Virus record (IMG/VR): IMGVR_UViG_3300025572_000450
Length of the DNA stretch: 64,000 bases
Source: an uncultured virus (IMG/VR IMGVR_UViG_3300025572_000450)
Lineage: Duplodnaviria > Heunggongvirae > Uroviricota > Caudoviricetes
Direction: 5' to 3' (one strand)
Position 1 is the first letter of the stretch, and each line of letters starts with the position of its first letter. Below, in pieces: positions 1 through 9,718 of this stretch. A program made the position numbers and the translations under genes. A model generated the notes under the pieces. It had not been told where the DNA came from and searched no databases. It saw only the letters and a list, made by a program, of their open reading frames with translations.

Positions 1-186
1 CTCGTGGGCGATCATCGCAAGGGCGAACAGGGCGAAAGTGGGCAAGCTCGTGGGCGATCATCGCAAGGGCGAACAGGGCGAAAGTGGGCAAGCTCGTGGG
101 CGATCATCGCAAGGGCGAACAGGGCGAAAGTGGGCAAGCTCGTGGGCAAGCTCGTGGGCAAGCTCGTAGGCAAGCTCGTGGGCAAG
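1..186. repeat. Tandem repeat: three 46-bp units followed by four 12-bp units (CTCGTGGGCAAG)
   Basis: Units at 1-46, 47-92 and 93-138 are identical; 12-mers at 139, 151, 163 (one mismatch) and 175. The array may continue beyond the window start. Confidence 0.95.
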
Positions 187-342
187 CTGGCATTTTTTGC
201 CCACGTTCGCCCATTTTGATCAAAAAACGTGCTACCAGGCATTTTTAACTATTTTTAAACTATTTAAAAATGTCTAGGGCGATTATCGCAAGAGTCAATA
301 TAGCACATATTTTCGGTAGCACGCATGTTCTTCCAGTGTGGC

Positions 343-780
343 TTACGCCAGCTCTAGGAGCGTCGCGCCTCTGATCATCCAGTCTCTACCAATTTTTTCA
401 GCAGGCAGAGTCCCGCGCACGCACCGCATTTTGACGCTATCCTGTTTGATATGCAGCACATCAGCAGCCTGCGCGGTCGTATACAGCCCATGAGGATCTA
501 TATCCTCTATCTGAAGGGTTGCTTTTTCATGATCGGGCAATACCTGCACTTGCTGAACAGTCTCAAATATCTCATCAAACGAGACGGGCTTTTCAAGCGC
601 TTTTGCAAGTGCATCAATAAACTTTTTCGCACTAGCACGCTTAATCAGCTCTCCATCCCAGTATGTTTGCTTAGGGAATCCTAGTCGTCGAAAGAGAGCA
701 GCGTTCGATCGCTCTCCAAACTGGTCTCTAAGATCCGATATATTAATCCGGAATTTGTAATACGTGATTGTTCGCTGCAT
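343..780 (-). CDS. DNA-binding regulator with N-terminal HTH-like and C-terminal excisionase-type HTH
   Basis: C-terminal YTTAQAADVLHIKQDSVKMRCVRGTLPAEKIGRDWMI; divergent from 950. Confidence 0.75.
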   Translation of the reverse strand: MQRTITYYKFRINISDLRDQFGERSNAALFRRLGFPKQTYWDGELIKRASAKKFIDALAKALEKPVSFDEIFETVQQVQVLPDHEKATLQIEDIDPHGLYTTAQAADVLHIKQDSVKMRCVRGTLPAEKIGRDWMIRGATLLELA

Positions 781-844
781 TTTTTACTCCTAAATAAGTA
801 CCTGTAATGCAGCATAACATGCTGTTAAAGTCTCTGTCAATATA

Positions 845-911
845 TGATATATATGTCATATATTAGATTATTTATGACATTATTGACATATCATGAGACG
901 AATGCTATAGT
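845..911 (+). promoter_or_regulatory. Sigma70-type promoter with paired TGACA-N4-TGTCA-like operators
   Basis: TTGACA 883-888, 17-bp spacer, TG-n-TATAGT 903-911; operators at 845-858 and 875-888. Confidence 0.7.
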
Positions 912-949
912 AACGAAAGAACTAGACATAACATGACAGAAGTGGCGTA

Positions 950-1741
950 ATGGGTCTGCATTTCGATACAAGTGAACAGACATGTGAATACGTTCGATCT
1001 CAAACAGATCGAGTTGTTCTTGCGTTCAGTACAGGTAAGGATAGCATTGCAGCTTGGCTGCAATTGCGCAAATTCTGGACTGAACCAGGCCAAATCGTCC
1101 CCATCTATAATTCGGGTGCTGTAAGCACTGATGGGCTGAGAAATTTAGGTTTTGTCGCTAAAACTCTTGCTTACTATGAACAGATCTTCCAAACGAAGAT
1201 TTACAGTATCCCGCATCCTGGGTTTATTCGACAATTGCGCTATGGTATGTATTGCTCTCCTGAGCTGCTACCTATGCGCGATCAACTCGTTTTTCAATAT
1301 AAGGCATTCCCTGAATATACGGCCAATGACCTTAATGAATGGTTAATTAAAAATATTGCAGAGCTGGAAAATGCTTGGTTTGCTACAGGTATTCGAGCAA
1401 AGGACAATCTGACACGTCGCCGGACTATCCAAGGGCAAGGCTCTGTTCATCCCATGAAGAGAAAGTTTTTTCCTGTTTGGGATTGGTCTATTGATCGCCT
1501 CGAAGATGAATTACGTGCAAACAACGTAAAACTGCCAATTGATTACCACTGGTGGAAGCGTTCGTTTGATGATATTTCATACACGACCACAGAAAAGATC
1601 AGAGAACATGTACCAGATGACTATGAAGCTATTCACTTCTGGTTTCCTTTGGTAGATACTGATGCTTTTCGACATGCGTGTTTGGAGCAATTGAATGATC
1701 CTGAACTTAATTCAGACCCTGATTATATTTTCTGTCAATAA
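950..1741 (+). CDS. PAPS-reductase-like (adenine nucleotide alpha hydrolase, PP-loop) protein
   Basis: VVLAFSTGKDS PP-loop, ATGIRAKD..RR, FFPVWDWS motifs. Confidence 0.8.
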   Translation: MGLHFDTSEQTCEYVRSQTDRVVLAFSTGKDSIAAWLQLRKFWTEPGQIVPIYNSGAVSTDGLRNLGFVAKTLAYYEQIFQTKIYSIPHPGFIRQLRYGMYCSPELLPMRDQLVFQYKAFPEYTANDLNEWLIKNIAELENAWFATGIRAKDNLTRRRTIQGQGSVHPMKRKFFPVWDWSIDRLEDELRANNVKLPIDYHWWKRSFDDISYTTTEKIREHVPDDYEAIHFWFPLVDTDAFRHACLEQLNDPELNSDPDYIFCQ

Positions 1742-2487
1742 TGCTACCTGTTAATTCACACCTGAAGTTGTCTTTAAAGACAGCTCAACAAGAGAAAAAA
1801 ACACTAGCCGATCTAGAAGACATTTTTTATCGCGATTATTTTCATCCTGTCGCTAAAAAATGGGCTAATCCAGATGAAGCAAGCAATCTCTATCGCAGTG
1901 CGCGAACGACATCGTTTTGGGTCTGTGTTGTGTTCCAGACCCGAGGAAATAAAGAGGAATTTTTAGATGCCCTCGGCATCATCGACTTCGATGACAAATA
2001 TCTTGTTGGAGAGAGCTTTGCTAATCTCATTGGCATTTCAATGCCTTTGCCACCAAAAGAACTGGGGTATAAGGTCGCTTCCAACTTGCAGCGAAGCGAT
2101 TTGCAGATCAATACAACAACAACGACCTTATCGCTTCAATCAAGTAGAGGCTTACAACTCAAGCGTAGTGAGCCGGAGCCGGAGCCAGAACCTGATCCCA
2201 ACGCATTATCTGAAGCTCAAAAAGCAGAGCTAGACAAGCTGATTAACCGAGAAACGCAAAACTTTGTTAATGACGCAGACTCAGAATATTGGTTCACTCT
2301 TGCTTTTCAAGATCAAGAAAAGCTCGATTTTTTCCTAGAAAGTATGCTCTTACCACTTGGTACTAAGTACATCTGTGGAGAGCACTTAGCACGGGCCTTG
2401 AGCCTCCCAATGCCCGAAGATCGCTTCCACGTAAAACGAAGCGAACCAAAAAAGCGCTTGTTTAATTTAGCGCTTTCTGAAATCTAA
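1741..2487 (+). CDS. Phage protein with an internally duplicated domain
   Basis: SFWVCVVFQTRGNKEEFL..DKYLVGESFA and EYWFTLAFQDQEKLDFFL..TKYICGEHLA; start overlaps the upstream stop. Confidence 0.7.
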   Translation: MLPVNSHLKLSLKTAQQEKKTLADLEDIFYRDYFHPVAKKWANPDEASNLYRSARTTSFWVCVVFQTRGNKEEFLDALGIIDFDDKYLVGESFANLIGISMPLPPKELGYKVASNLQRSDLQINTTTTTLSLQSSRGLQLKRSEPEPEPEPDPNALSEAQKAELDKLINRETQNFVNDADSEYWFTLAFQDQEKLDFFLESMLLPLGTKYICGEHLARALSLPMPEDRFHVKRSEPKKRLFNLALSEI

Positions 2488-2502
2488 TTGGAGGTATTTT
2501 TC

Positions 2503-2835
2503 ATGGCAACTAACCCTGTCGGTGGCGGCGGTGCTGCACCCAGCACTGCTGCTGGTACCACTCAGCAAACGGGTCGTCCCGATAGCCCGATTCCCCTTCA
2601 ACCGATGAACACTCGTCGCCGAGCGATAAGTGCTCAGAACCGTGTGTTTAACCTTCGTCGTGCAGCTCGTGCGATGAGTAATCGCGTTCGTCGTGCCGCT
2701 GCTGGTGGCCCTGCGAGCGGTCGTGCTCCTGCTACTGCCGCCGCTGCTACTACTGGTGCTGCGAGAACGACGAGTACTGGTCGCCCAACCGCCACGGCTC
2801 GCCCCGTTGGTCGCAGCCGCACGCGCCGCCCATAG
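2503..2835 (+). CDS. Small Arg/Ala/Gly/Thr-rich basic protein
   Basis: GGAGG RBS before ATG 2503; only one acidic residue; followed by a hairpin. Confidence 0.7.
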   Translation: MATNPVGGGGAAPSTAAGTTQQTGRPDSPIPLQPMNTRRRAISAQNRVFNLRRAARAMSNRVRRAAAGGPASGRAPATAAAATTGAARTTSTGRPTATARPVGRSRTRRP

Positions 2836-2849
2836 GCCTTTAGCCCTTC

Positions 2850-2882
2850 AGACTTCGCCCTTTTTTAACGGGCGAAGTCTTC
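2850..2882 (+). terminator. Hairpin after the basic-peptide gene
   Basis: AGACTTCGCCC ... GGGCGAAGTCT inverted repeat. Confidence 0.55.
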
Positions 2883-3090
2883 ACATAATACGCAAATGGA
2901 GATAGAGACAATTCATGCAAGAGCAAAAAGTGGAGAAGCCATCAACGTTTTCGGTTCATCAGCGAGGGGGACAATTCAAGATGTCTCCCGAAATGATTAG
3001 AGCCTGCACAAAACGACGTGTTGAACGAGCAATAGCAAAGCGTAAATCGAGTTAATACGATCTAGGTCATTAGTCCGTAGTCATCTCATC

Positions 3091-3585
3091 ATGCCTAAGT
3101 CTCAGACATCAGATAAAAAAATCAAAATCCTAGAGCGACAACTCAACGCGCTCAGTCTACGCCGACAGGGTGGCGATTACGAAACAATTGCCACTCAAAT
3201 GCGCTCCTTACCTGATGTCTCGCCAAAGTACAACCGTTCTCAAGCATATAAAGATGTTCGAGCTGCCCTTGATCGTTTGATCAAAGAAACAAAAGAAGAA
3301 GCTGAACATTATAAACGCTTGCAATTGGAGCGACTTGATGAAATCTTTGTAGGCGTATATCAGCATGCTATCAAGGGTGATGCGACTGCAATTAGTCGCG
3401 TCCTAGCTCTTATGGAAAAAATGGATATGTACCATGGAATCAGCACCAGCAACACCTCTTCAGCGCCTCGTGGAGCTAGTGTGAGTGTCACTACTTCAGG
3501 AGGTACAACCGAGCAGATCAAAATTACTGAAGTGCTTGTTGAGCTGCATGGTGATCCGCACAGAACAGATCCAAATGAGGAATGA
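3091..3585 (+). CDS. Terminase small subunit
   Basis: HTH-like N-terminus (LSLRRQGGDYETIA); lies directly before the large subunit. Confidence 0.7.
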   Translation: MPKSQTSDKKIKILERQLNALSLRRQGGDYETIATQMRSLPDVSPKYNRSQAYKDVRAALDRLIKETKEEAEHYKRLQLERLDEIFVGVYQHAIKGDATAISRVLALMEKMDMYHGISTSNTSSAPRGASVSVTTSGGTTEQIKITEVLVELHGDPHRTDPNEE

Positions 3586-3591
3586 CGCAGA

Positions 3592-4938
3592 GTGCTCCAA
3601 CTTCCAAAAAAAATCCCTCAGATCTGGTCTATCAATGGTTCGCAGCTCAAGCTTTCCTTTCACCCAGGTCAATCTCGTGTTTGGCAAAGCAATCGACGTT
3701 TTGTCGCTATGCTTGCAGGAACGCAAGGAGGAAAGACTTCATTTGGCCCATGGTGGCTTTGGCGCGAAATTCTCAGAAATGGCTCTGGAGACTATCTAGC
3801 AATCACAGCTAGTTTCTCGCTTTTTCAACTCAAAATGCTTCCTGTGATGCGAGAAGTCTTTGAAAGCATTCTCGGGATTGGGAGATACTGGGCTGGAGCT
3901 GGTGTTATTGAACTTGCAGATCCATCAACTGGCAAGTTTTGGGCTGATCGATCCGATAGCCGAATGTGGGGCCGCATTATTCTCCGATCCGCAATGTCAA
4001 AAGGCGGCTTGGAGAGTACAACTGCACTAGCTGCTTGGCTTGATGAAGCTGGCCAAAGCGCATTTACACAAGAGACTTGGGAAGCAATTCTCCGCCGTCT
4101 TTCGTTGGTGCAAGGCCGAGCATTAATCACAACTACGTTGTACGAAACGCAAGGCTGGTTAAAGCGGCTGACTGATCGATGGGAAGCAGGCGATACAAAC
4201 TACGATGTCATTCAATTCGATAGCACACAAAACCCTGCATTTAGCAAAGAGGAATTCGAGCGTGCTAAAGAAGAAATGGCTGACTGGCGCTTTGAGCTGT
4301 TCTATCGTGGCCGATTCGTTAAACTGCCTGGCCAAATTTACGATCTGCCAGACGATCAAGTGGTACGACCCTTTCCGATCCCCAAGCACTGGCCGCGCTA
4401 TGTTGGTATTGACTTTGGAGCTATCAATCAAGCGCTTGTGTGGCTTGCTTATGATCAGCATGGGGAACGAGGCCGACCAGATAGCTACTACATTTATCGT
4501 AGTAGTCTCAGTGGGAATAAAACAACCGAAGAACACTGCTTAGAGAATCTGGCATATACCCGTCGCGTATTGCCTGATGGAGAAATCGAGATTCTTGAGA
4601 ACGTACATGGATGGTATGGCGGCGCACCTGGGGAGCAGCAACAGCGTTGGGATTGGAATAATTACGGCATTCCTGTAATGCGTCCAGCTGTTAGCGATAT
4701 AGAGAGTGGTATCGATCGTGTTACCAAACTATTAAAACAAAAAAGACTATTTGTTTTTAGTGATCAAACTGATCTAATAACGGATTTTCGAGGTTACAGC
4801 CGCGAAATGGATGATCAGGGCAATGTGTTTGAAACAATCCGAGACAAAAACAAATATCACAAATTAGATTGCGTTCGCTATGTCATAAGTAGTGTAGTTC
4901 CTTCCAATTTGGTATACGCACCTAATCTTTATAATTAA
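3592..4938 (+). CDS. terL: Terminase large subunit (phage 1)
   Basis: Walker A AGTQGGKT, Walker B WLDEAG, RNase H-like GIDFG and HKLDCVRY. Confidence 0.9.
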   Translation: MLQLPKKIPQIWSINGSQLKLSFHPGQSRVWQSNRRFVAMLAGTQGGKTSFGPWWLWREILRNGSGDYLAITASFSLFQLKMLPVMREVFESILGIGRYWAGAGVIELADPSTGKFWADRSDSRMWGRIILRSAMSKGGLESTTALAAWLDEAGQSAFTQETWEAILRRLSLVQGRALITTTLYETQGWLKRLTDRWEAGDTNYDVIQFDSTQNPAFSKEEFERAKEEMADWRFELFYRGRFVKLPGQIYDLPDDQVVRPFPIPKHWPRYVGIDFGAINQALVWLAYDQHGERGRPDSYYIYRSSLSGNKTTEEHCLENLAYTRRVLPDGEIEILENVHGWYGGAPGEQQQRWDWNNYGIPVMRPAVSDIESGIDRVTKLLKQKRLFVFSDQTDLITDFRGYSREMDDQGNVFETIRDKNKYHKLDCVRYVISSVVPSNLVYAPNLYN

Positions 4939-4949
4939 GGTTAACCTCT

Positions 4950-6320
4950 ATGGCTACTAACCAACAATTTACGGCAACTGGCCGCCCTCCAATGATCGGG
5001 CAATGCCTGACGCTCCAAGAGTGGCTTGCCTATATCGAAGGTTATGAACTGCCAGTAAGCTGCACTCGACTTGTATTGCACCACACCTATGTGCCAAACC
5101 AAGCGCAGTGGAATGGCATCAACTCGATGCGCGGCATGCAGCGCTACTATGCAGGCTTAGGCTGGTCGGCTGCCCCCCACATTTATGTTGCTCCTGACGG
5201 TATTTGGCTCTTTACACCGTTAGATACTGTCGGCGTTCACGCTGGAAAGGGTAATTCAGGAAACACCAACGGTGCCTTTTGGTATTCAATCGGCCTAGAA
5301 ATGGTAGGTGACTTCGACAAAGTACGCCCATCGGGAGCGGTCTGGGAACAGACCAAAGCAGTAATCGGCAGCATCTCACGTAAAACGGGGATTGAGCCTC
5401 GTAAGCTCGTTTCGTTCCATCGTGACTACACTAACGAGAAAAGCTGTCCTGGCTGGGCTATAACTAAAGAGTGGGTTTGGGGCGAAGTTGAAGCGTGGCT
5501 AAAGCAGACCCAAGAAAAAAAGATGTATCACGTCATCGCTACAGTCGCTCCAATTTACGAAGCACCAAGCATATTGGCTCCGATCGCATGGTCGGGTAAA
5601 GCTGTGATGGGCCATGGCAATACATTTGAAGGCATTGATCAAAACAATGGCTTCGTCTGGCATACAGGAGGAATAGGCTTTGTCGAAAAAAGTCGCATTT
5701 CGCTTGAAAATGCTACAACCTTTACGGAATACGATAGCATCTTTGGTTTTCCTTCAGCAAGCTTCGATACTGTTTGCAAATTTATATTAAATCGAGGATC
5801 AGCTTACGTCCCCTTTGATGTTAAGGTCATCGTTGGCCACATGTTTGACATCGCAACTCCAGTCAACGTAGATCCAATCGTTGTGGCAGCACAATCAATT
5901 CATGAAACAAGTGATCAGGCCGACGATGATCCAGAGCTTGAGCCGTTCTCTAGCTATTGGGCGCTCCGGCCCCGTAGGAATTCGGCAGGCATTGGGGTGA
6001 CGGGCGCGCCTGGTGCTGGTGTTTCCTTTCCGAGCTGGAAAGATAGTATCGAAGCTCAGGTCGGGCGTTTGTTGCGCTACTTCTTGAAAATCGGAGAAGG
6101 TACTGCGGAGCAAATAGCCTTGATGGAAACAGCTCTCAAATGGCGCGATTTGGATATGAGAGCTTGGGGTAGCTGTAGGCATGTTAAACACCTCGGCGCG
6201 ATCCACAACCCTGCAAATGCGGGTTTGCCGCGTGAAAGGTGGGTCGCAGGTTGGGCATGGGATGGCAAGGAATATGGGAAACGAATAGCTGATCTAGTCA
6301 ATGCTATTCGGAACACATAG
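4950..6320 (+). CDS. Endolysin: N-acetylmuramoyl-L-alanine amidase plus C-terminal glucosaminidase-like domain
   Basis: LVLHHT, APHIYV, HAG, SIGLEMVG, FHRDY, KSCPG; C-terminal AQSIHET. Confidence 0.85.
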   Translation: MATNQQFTATGRPPMIGQCLTLQEWLAYIEGYELPVSCTRLVLHHTYVPNQAQWNGINSMRGMQRYYAGLGWSAAPHIYVAPDGIWLFTPLDTVGVHAGKGNSGNTNGAFWYSIGLEMVGDFDKVRPSGAVWEQTKAVIGSISRKTGIEPRKLVSFHRDYTNEKSCPGWAITKEWVWGEVEAWLKQTQEKKMYHVIATVAPIYEAPSILAPIAWSGKAVMGHGNTFEGIDQNNGFVWHTGGIGFVEKSRISLENATTFTEYDSIFGFPSASFDTVCKFILNRGSAYVPFDVKVIVGHMFDIATPVNVDPIVVAAQSIHETSDQADDDPELEPFSSYWALRPRRNSAGIGVTGAPGAGVSFPSWKDSIEAQVGRLLRYFLKIGEGTAEQIALMETALKWRDLDMRAWGSCRHVKHLGAIHNPANAGLPRERWVAGWAWDGKEYGKRIADLVNAIRNT

Positions 6321-6334
6321 ATATTCGCTAAGCA

Positions 6335-6871
6335 ATGATCGACGAAGAGGATAAGCCGCTTTTCGCTCTGGTCATGACGATAGGCGGTACGCTTCTCGCA
6401 TTACTTGCTGCGATCATTGGCGTCAATCCATACGAACGACGGATTTTTCTAGTCTTACTTTTTGGCCTGTTTTTCTGGAATATTCTGTCGCTAGTCAACT
6501 TTCTTGATCGACGCTTTGCTAACTGGTTTAGTTACGGCCTTGAGATCTATTTTCATAAGGTCAGCTATTGGAATGGTCTTTATCGATTAGAAAATCAGAA
6601 GCGCTTAGAAACCGAACAAAAGCTTGAAGAAGAAAAGCTTTATGTTGCCGAACTTACACAAGAGCTACGAAGCTTAAGAGGGCAAGAACGAGAACACAAA
6701 AACAGGTTAGCTGATCGCGAGCGTGATTTAGCAGCTGCACGAAAGCATATCGAGGATGTACATCTAGCTGCTCAAGAAATGCAGGCCGAGATAAATCGCC
6801 TTCGTGCTGAACTTAATCATTACAAACAACGACAGTCGAGGTTCGATGATGAAGCTACTGGCTCAAGCTAA
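6335..6871 (+). CDS. Lysis-cassette membrane protein with coiled coil
   Basis: Two N-terminal hydrophobic helices; clear homolog of 55908-56540. Confidence 0.7.
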   Translation: MIDEEDKPLFALVMTIGGTLLALLAAIIGVNPYERRIFLVLLFGLFFWNILSLVNFLDRRFANWFSYGLEIYFHKVSYWNGLYRLENQKRLETEQKLEEEKLYVAELTQELRSLRGQEREHKNRLADRERDLAAARKHIEDVHLAAQEMQAEINRLRAELNHYKQRQSRFDDEATGSS

Positions 6872-6986
6872 ACCTGAATATGCTCTGACACTAACCTTCG
6901 TTGCATGCATATGTTTTGGAGTAGTCGATCTAATAGCCAATTTCCTGTTATCCGTTTTTGAACAGCTAGTAGGTATGTTCCCATGA
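6846..6986 (+). CDS. Small membrane protein homologous to the C-terminus of 55908-56540
   Basis: GAGG RBS; AQAKPEYALTLTFVA matches AQAKTEYALLLLFVA. Confidence 0.6.
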   Translation: MMKLLAQAKPEYALTLTFVACICFGVVDLIANFLLSVFEQLVGMFP

Positions 6987-7399
6987 ATCAACTTCTTGCC
7001 CGTATAACTCTTAAAAATACCTTGGATGTCATTGCAGTTGTGATTGTAGCGCTCGCTATCATCCCTTCTTACGCAGAGGTGTACAACATTTCATTACCGC
7101 CTGTACTCCTCATGAGTATGAGCATCATCGTAGCTATTCTCAAATTTGTTGAGTTGCGCCTTCAGAAACGTTTGGCTGAAGAGCCAAGTACCCAGCAAGA
7201 AGAAGTAAACAAGAAGCTTGAAAAAGAAAATGCTGTTTACAAAGACGTGATCAGTGACCGAAATCTACGCATCAAACGACTACAGGACGAAAATGCTCGC
7301 TTGCTAGAAACAATAAACGCATTAAACGCGCTAAAAACCAAGCCTAGTGAGGAGCTGGAAATTCGTGGAACTGAAGCTGTAGATACAACGAAAGCCTAA
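6983..7399 (+). CDS. Holin-like two-TM protein with coiled-coil tail
   Basis: TLKNTLD..IIPSYAEVYN; homolog of 56537-56914. Confidence 0.65.
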   Translation: MNQLLARITLKNTLDVIAVVIVALAIIPSYAEVYNISLPPVLLMSMSIIVAILKFVELRLQKRLAEEPSTQQEEVNKKLEKENAVYKDVISDRNLRIKRLQDENARLLETINALNALKTKPSEELEIRGTEAVDTTKA

Positions 7400-7441
7400 C
7401 AACACGAGAAAAAGCTCAGATAGCTATAAGGGGGAAGTGCA

Positions 7442-7579
7442 TTGAGCATCTATTTCATGGTACGCATATCAACAAAGCGCAAAATGATCGATCTTGTCTT
7501 TTGGCCCACCTCTTGGAAGTGGCAACCAAAGTACGGACTGTTTGGCCCTCTTGAGATCGAGATAAGCAAATGGCCATGA
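7442..7579 (+). CDS. 45-aa Trp/Pro-rich small protein (not in ORF track)
   Basis: LSIYFMVRISTKRKMIDLVFWPTSWKWQPKYGLFGPLEIEISKWP; homolog at 57275-57409. Confidence 0.7.
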   Translation: MSIYFMVRISTKRKMIDLVFWPTSWKWQPKYGLFGPLEIEISKWP

Positions 7580-7680
7580 GGCGTAGGCGTCGCTATACAG
7601 TTCAATTGATAGTGTGTTGGGGAATCATTCTGTTGTGCTCGATTATTTCGATTATCACAATGGCAACAATAGCCTTTTGA
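7576..7680 (+). CDS. 34-aa membrane peptide
   Basis: MRRRRRYTVQLIVCWGIILL...; ATGA overlap with the upstream stop. Confidence 0.4.
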   Translation: MRRRRRYTVQLIVCWGIILLCSIISIITMATIAF

Positions 7681-7730
7681 GAGGTCAATACGAATAGTAG
7701 CCTAACTGTCTATAGAAAGCGTTTCAAACG

Positions 7731-8366
7731 ATGAACATACAGCTAATCAACCTTGATCAAATCAGAACAGATGGTGGAACACAACTGCGACTACGTCTCA
7801 ATACCGAGGTTGCAGGTGAATACGCTGATCTCATGAGAGACGATCTGTGGGATTGGAATCGTAGCCCTCTTATAGTTGTACGAGACAGTGAGGAACACCC
7901 CAACTTCTGGCTTGTAGATGGTTTCCATCGTCTTACAGCAGCCAAAGAAGCTGGACTTGACAAAGTTCCCTGCGAAATCCGTAACGGAAATCTACAAGAA
8001 GCGATCTGGATCGCCACGAGCGTCAATGCTCAGCACGGTTTACGCCGATCTAATGAGGAAAAACGTCGGGCTGTTATCGCAGCTCTCTCTCATCCGTATG
8101 CAGCTTCGCTTAGTGACCGCAAATTAGCCGAGCATGTTGGTGTTTCGCACGCTATGGTCAGTATGATCAAGCGCCAGCTTGAAGAAGAGCAGAAGTCTGA
8201 AGAGAGTGCGACTCGTCGCCGCAGACATCCACAACCAGTCGCTCAAGGGCGAGGATCGCCTCTCAAGCAGATTGAAAAATGGTGGCAAAAAGCGCCAGTC
8301 GAAGAAAAGCGCGCACTATATGAGCATCTCAAAGTGCTCTATGAGAGGGAATTTCATTCAGCATGA
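7731..8366 (+). CDS. ParB/Srx-like N-terminal domain protein with HTH
   Basis: LVDGFHRLTAA ParB motif; SDRKLAEHVGVSHAMV HTH. Confidence 0.85.
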   Translation: MNIQLINLDQIRTDGGTQLRLRLNTEVAGEYADLMRDDLWDWNRSPLIVVRDSEEHPNFWLVDGFHRLTAAKEAGLDKVPCEIRNGNLQEAIWIATSVNAQHGLRRSNEEKRRAVIAALSHPYAASLSDRKLAEHVGVSHAMVSMIKRQLEEEQKSEESATRRRRHPQPVAQGRGSPLKQIEKWWQKAPVEEKRALYEHLKVLYEREFHSA

Positions 8367-9718
8367 ACCGAGGGGTCATCAGCCAACACATTATGAATAT
8401 GGCCAAGCATGAGGAACAGCAACGATTGACGCGGCTCCGGCGCGCAATCGATGCCTACTATACCAAGCTGCCGCCAACGCTTCGGCGTAAGCCTGGGCAG
8501 GTTGATGACAATATTAGCCTTGGCCTTGTTCGCTTGCTTGTTGATAAATCAGCGCAGTTCCTCTTCAATAAAAATTTCACGTTCGAGATCGATCTTGTTG
8601 AAAATACAGAAGAGGAAAAGTATCTCAAGCGAGTTTGGGAAAAGAACAGAAAATTCTACACACTTCATAGCATGGCTGTGAATGGGGCATTATGTGGACA
8701 TGTCTTTGTTCGCCTTATGCCGCCCAATGCCAGCCGACCAGTGCCACGAATTCTTGTTCTTGATCCACTTAACATAAATGTCCGTTGGAACCCCAACGAC
8801 ATGGATGAGATTGAATGGATTAGCCATTCTTATCCAGCAATTGATCGTTCCGGCAAGCCCATAACCCATCGCCAGCGTTTTGAACGTGTTGGGCCGGATC
8901 AATGGGTCATCACTGAAGAAATCTCTGACCCTGATGCTGAAAATGGACGTTGGGATGAAGTAAGCCGAGAGGAATGGCCTTGGCCCTTCCCGCCGATTTA
9001 TCACTGCCAAAACTTGCCCGCTCCAAATGAGTTTTGGGGCATTGCAGATGTTGAAGACGATCTTATCGACTTGCTTCAAGCGATGAATTTCGTCTTGGGA
9101 ACGATCCGAAAAATCATTCGTTATCACGGATCACCCAAAACTATTGCATCTGGCATCAACCCACAACAACTTAAAGCTGACACGGACGAAACCATTGTCC
9201 TACCACATCCAGATGCTCGTCTCTACAATCTTGAGATGGCATCGGATCTGGGCGCGGCTATGAACTTTCTAAACCTACTGAGAGAAACACTATATGCCGA
9301 GGCGCGCGTTCCTGAAATTGCTCTTGGCAATCTTGCAAGTGTTGGTGCTCTTTCTGGCGTTGCACTCAAAATCGTATATCAGCCGATCATCGATAAAACA
9401 GAAGTAAAACAATCTCTGTATGGCGAGATGTTAGAGGCTATTAATGCTGCTATCCTCGTCATGGGCGGCTTTCGAGACAGCGTTGATGATGTCGTAGTGC
9501 GAAACATTTGGCCAGAGCTGCTGCCGATCGATGATTTGACTGAACGCCAACTTCTTCAAATCGATAGAGAATTTGGAGTGAGCATACAAACCATCCTTAG
9601 CAAACTTGGCTACGATTATGAAACCGAGCTTGCAAAACGAAAAAAGGTTGATGAAAGCCAAAAAGAACAAGCAGAAACCGAAAGCTTATCTGAATCAGCC
9701 GATCCCGAAGCTCGTTAG
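8363..9718 (+). CDS. Portal protein (SPP1-like)
   Basis: Size, position, and LVDKSAQFL, SGVALKI, IWPELLP motifs. Confidence 0.85.
   Translation: MNRGVISQHIMNMAKHEEQQRLTRLRRAIDAYYTKLPPTLRRKPGQVDDNISLGLVRLLVDKSAQFLFNKNFTFEIDLVENTEEEKYLKRVWEKNRKFYTLHSMAVNGALCGHVFVRLMPPNASRPVPRILVLDPLNINVRWNPNDMDEIEWISHSYPAIDRSGKPITHRQRFERVGPDQWVITEEISDPDAENGRWDEVSREEWPWPFPPIYHCQNLPAPNEFWGIADVEDDLIDLLQAMNFVLGTIRKIIRYHGSPKTIASGINPQQLKADTDETIVLPHPDARLYNLEMASDLGAAMNFLNLLRETLYAEARVPEIALGNLASVGALSGVALKIVYQPIIDKTEVKQSLYGEMLEAINAAILVMGGFRDSVDDVVVRNIWPELLPIDDLTERQLLQIDREFGVSIQTILSKLGYDYETELAKRKKVDESQKEQAETESLSESADPEAR

Noticed and set aside
1..186. CRISPR array
   Set aside because: Units are contiguous and identical with no unique spacers, and no cas genes are present.
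4..242. ORFs 4-219 and 12-242
   Set aside because: They are translations of the tandem repeat with no RBS or recognisable domain.
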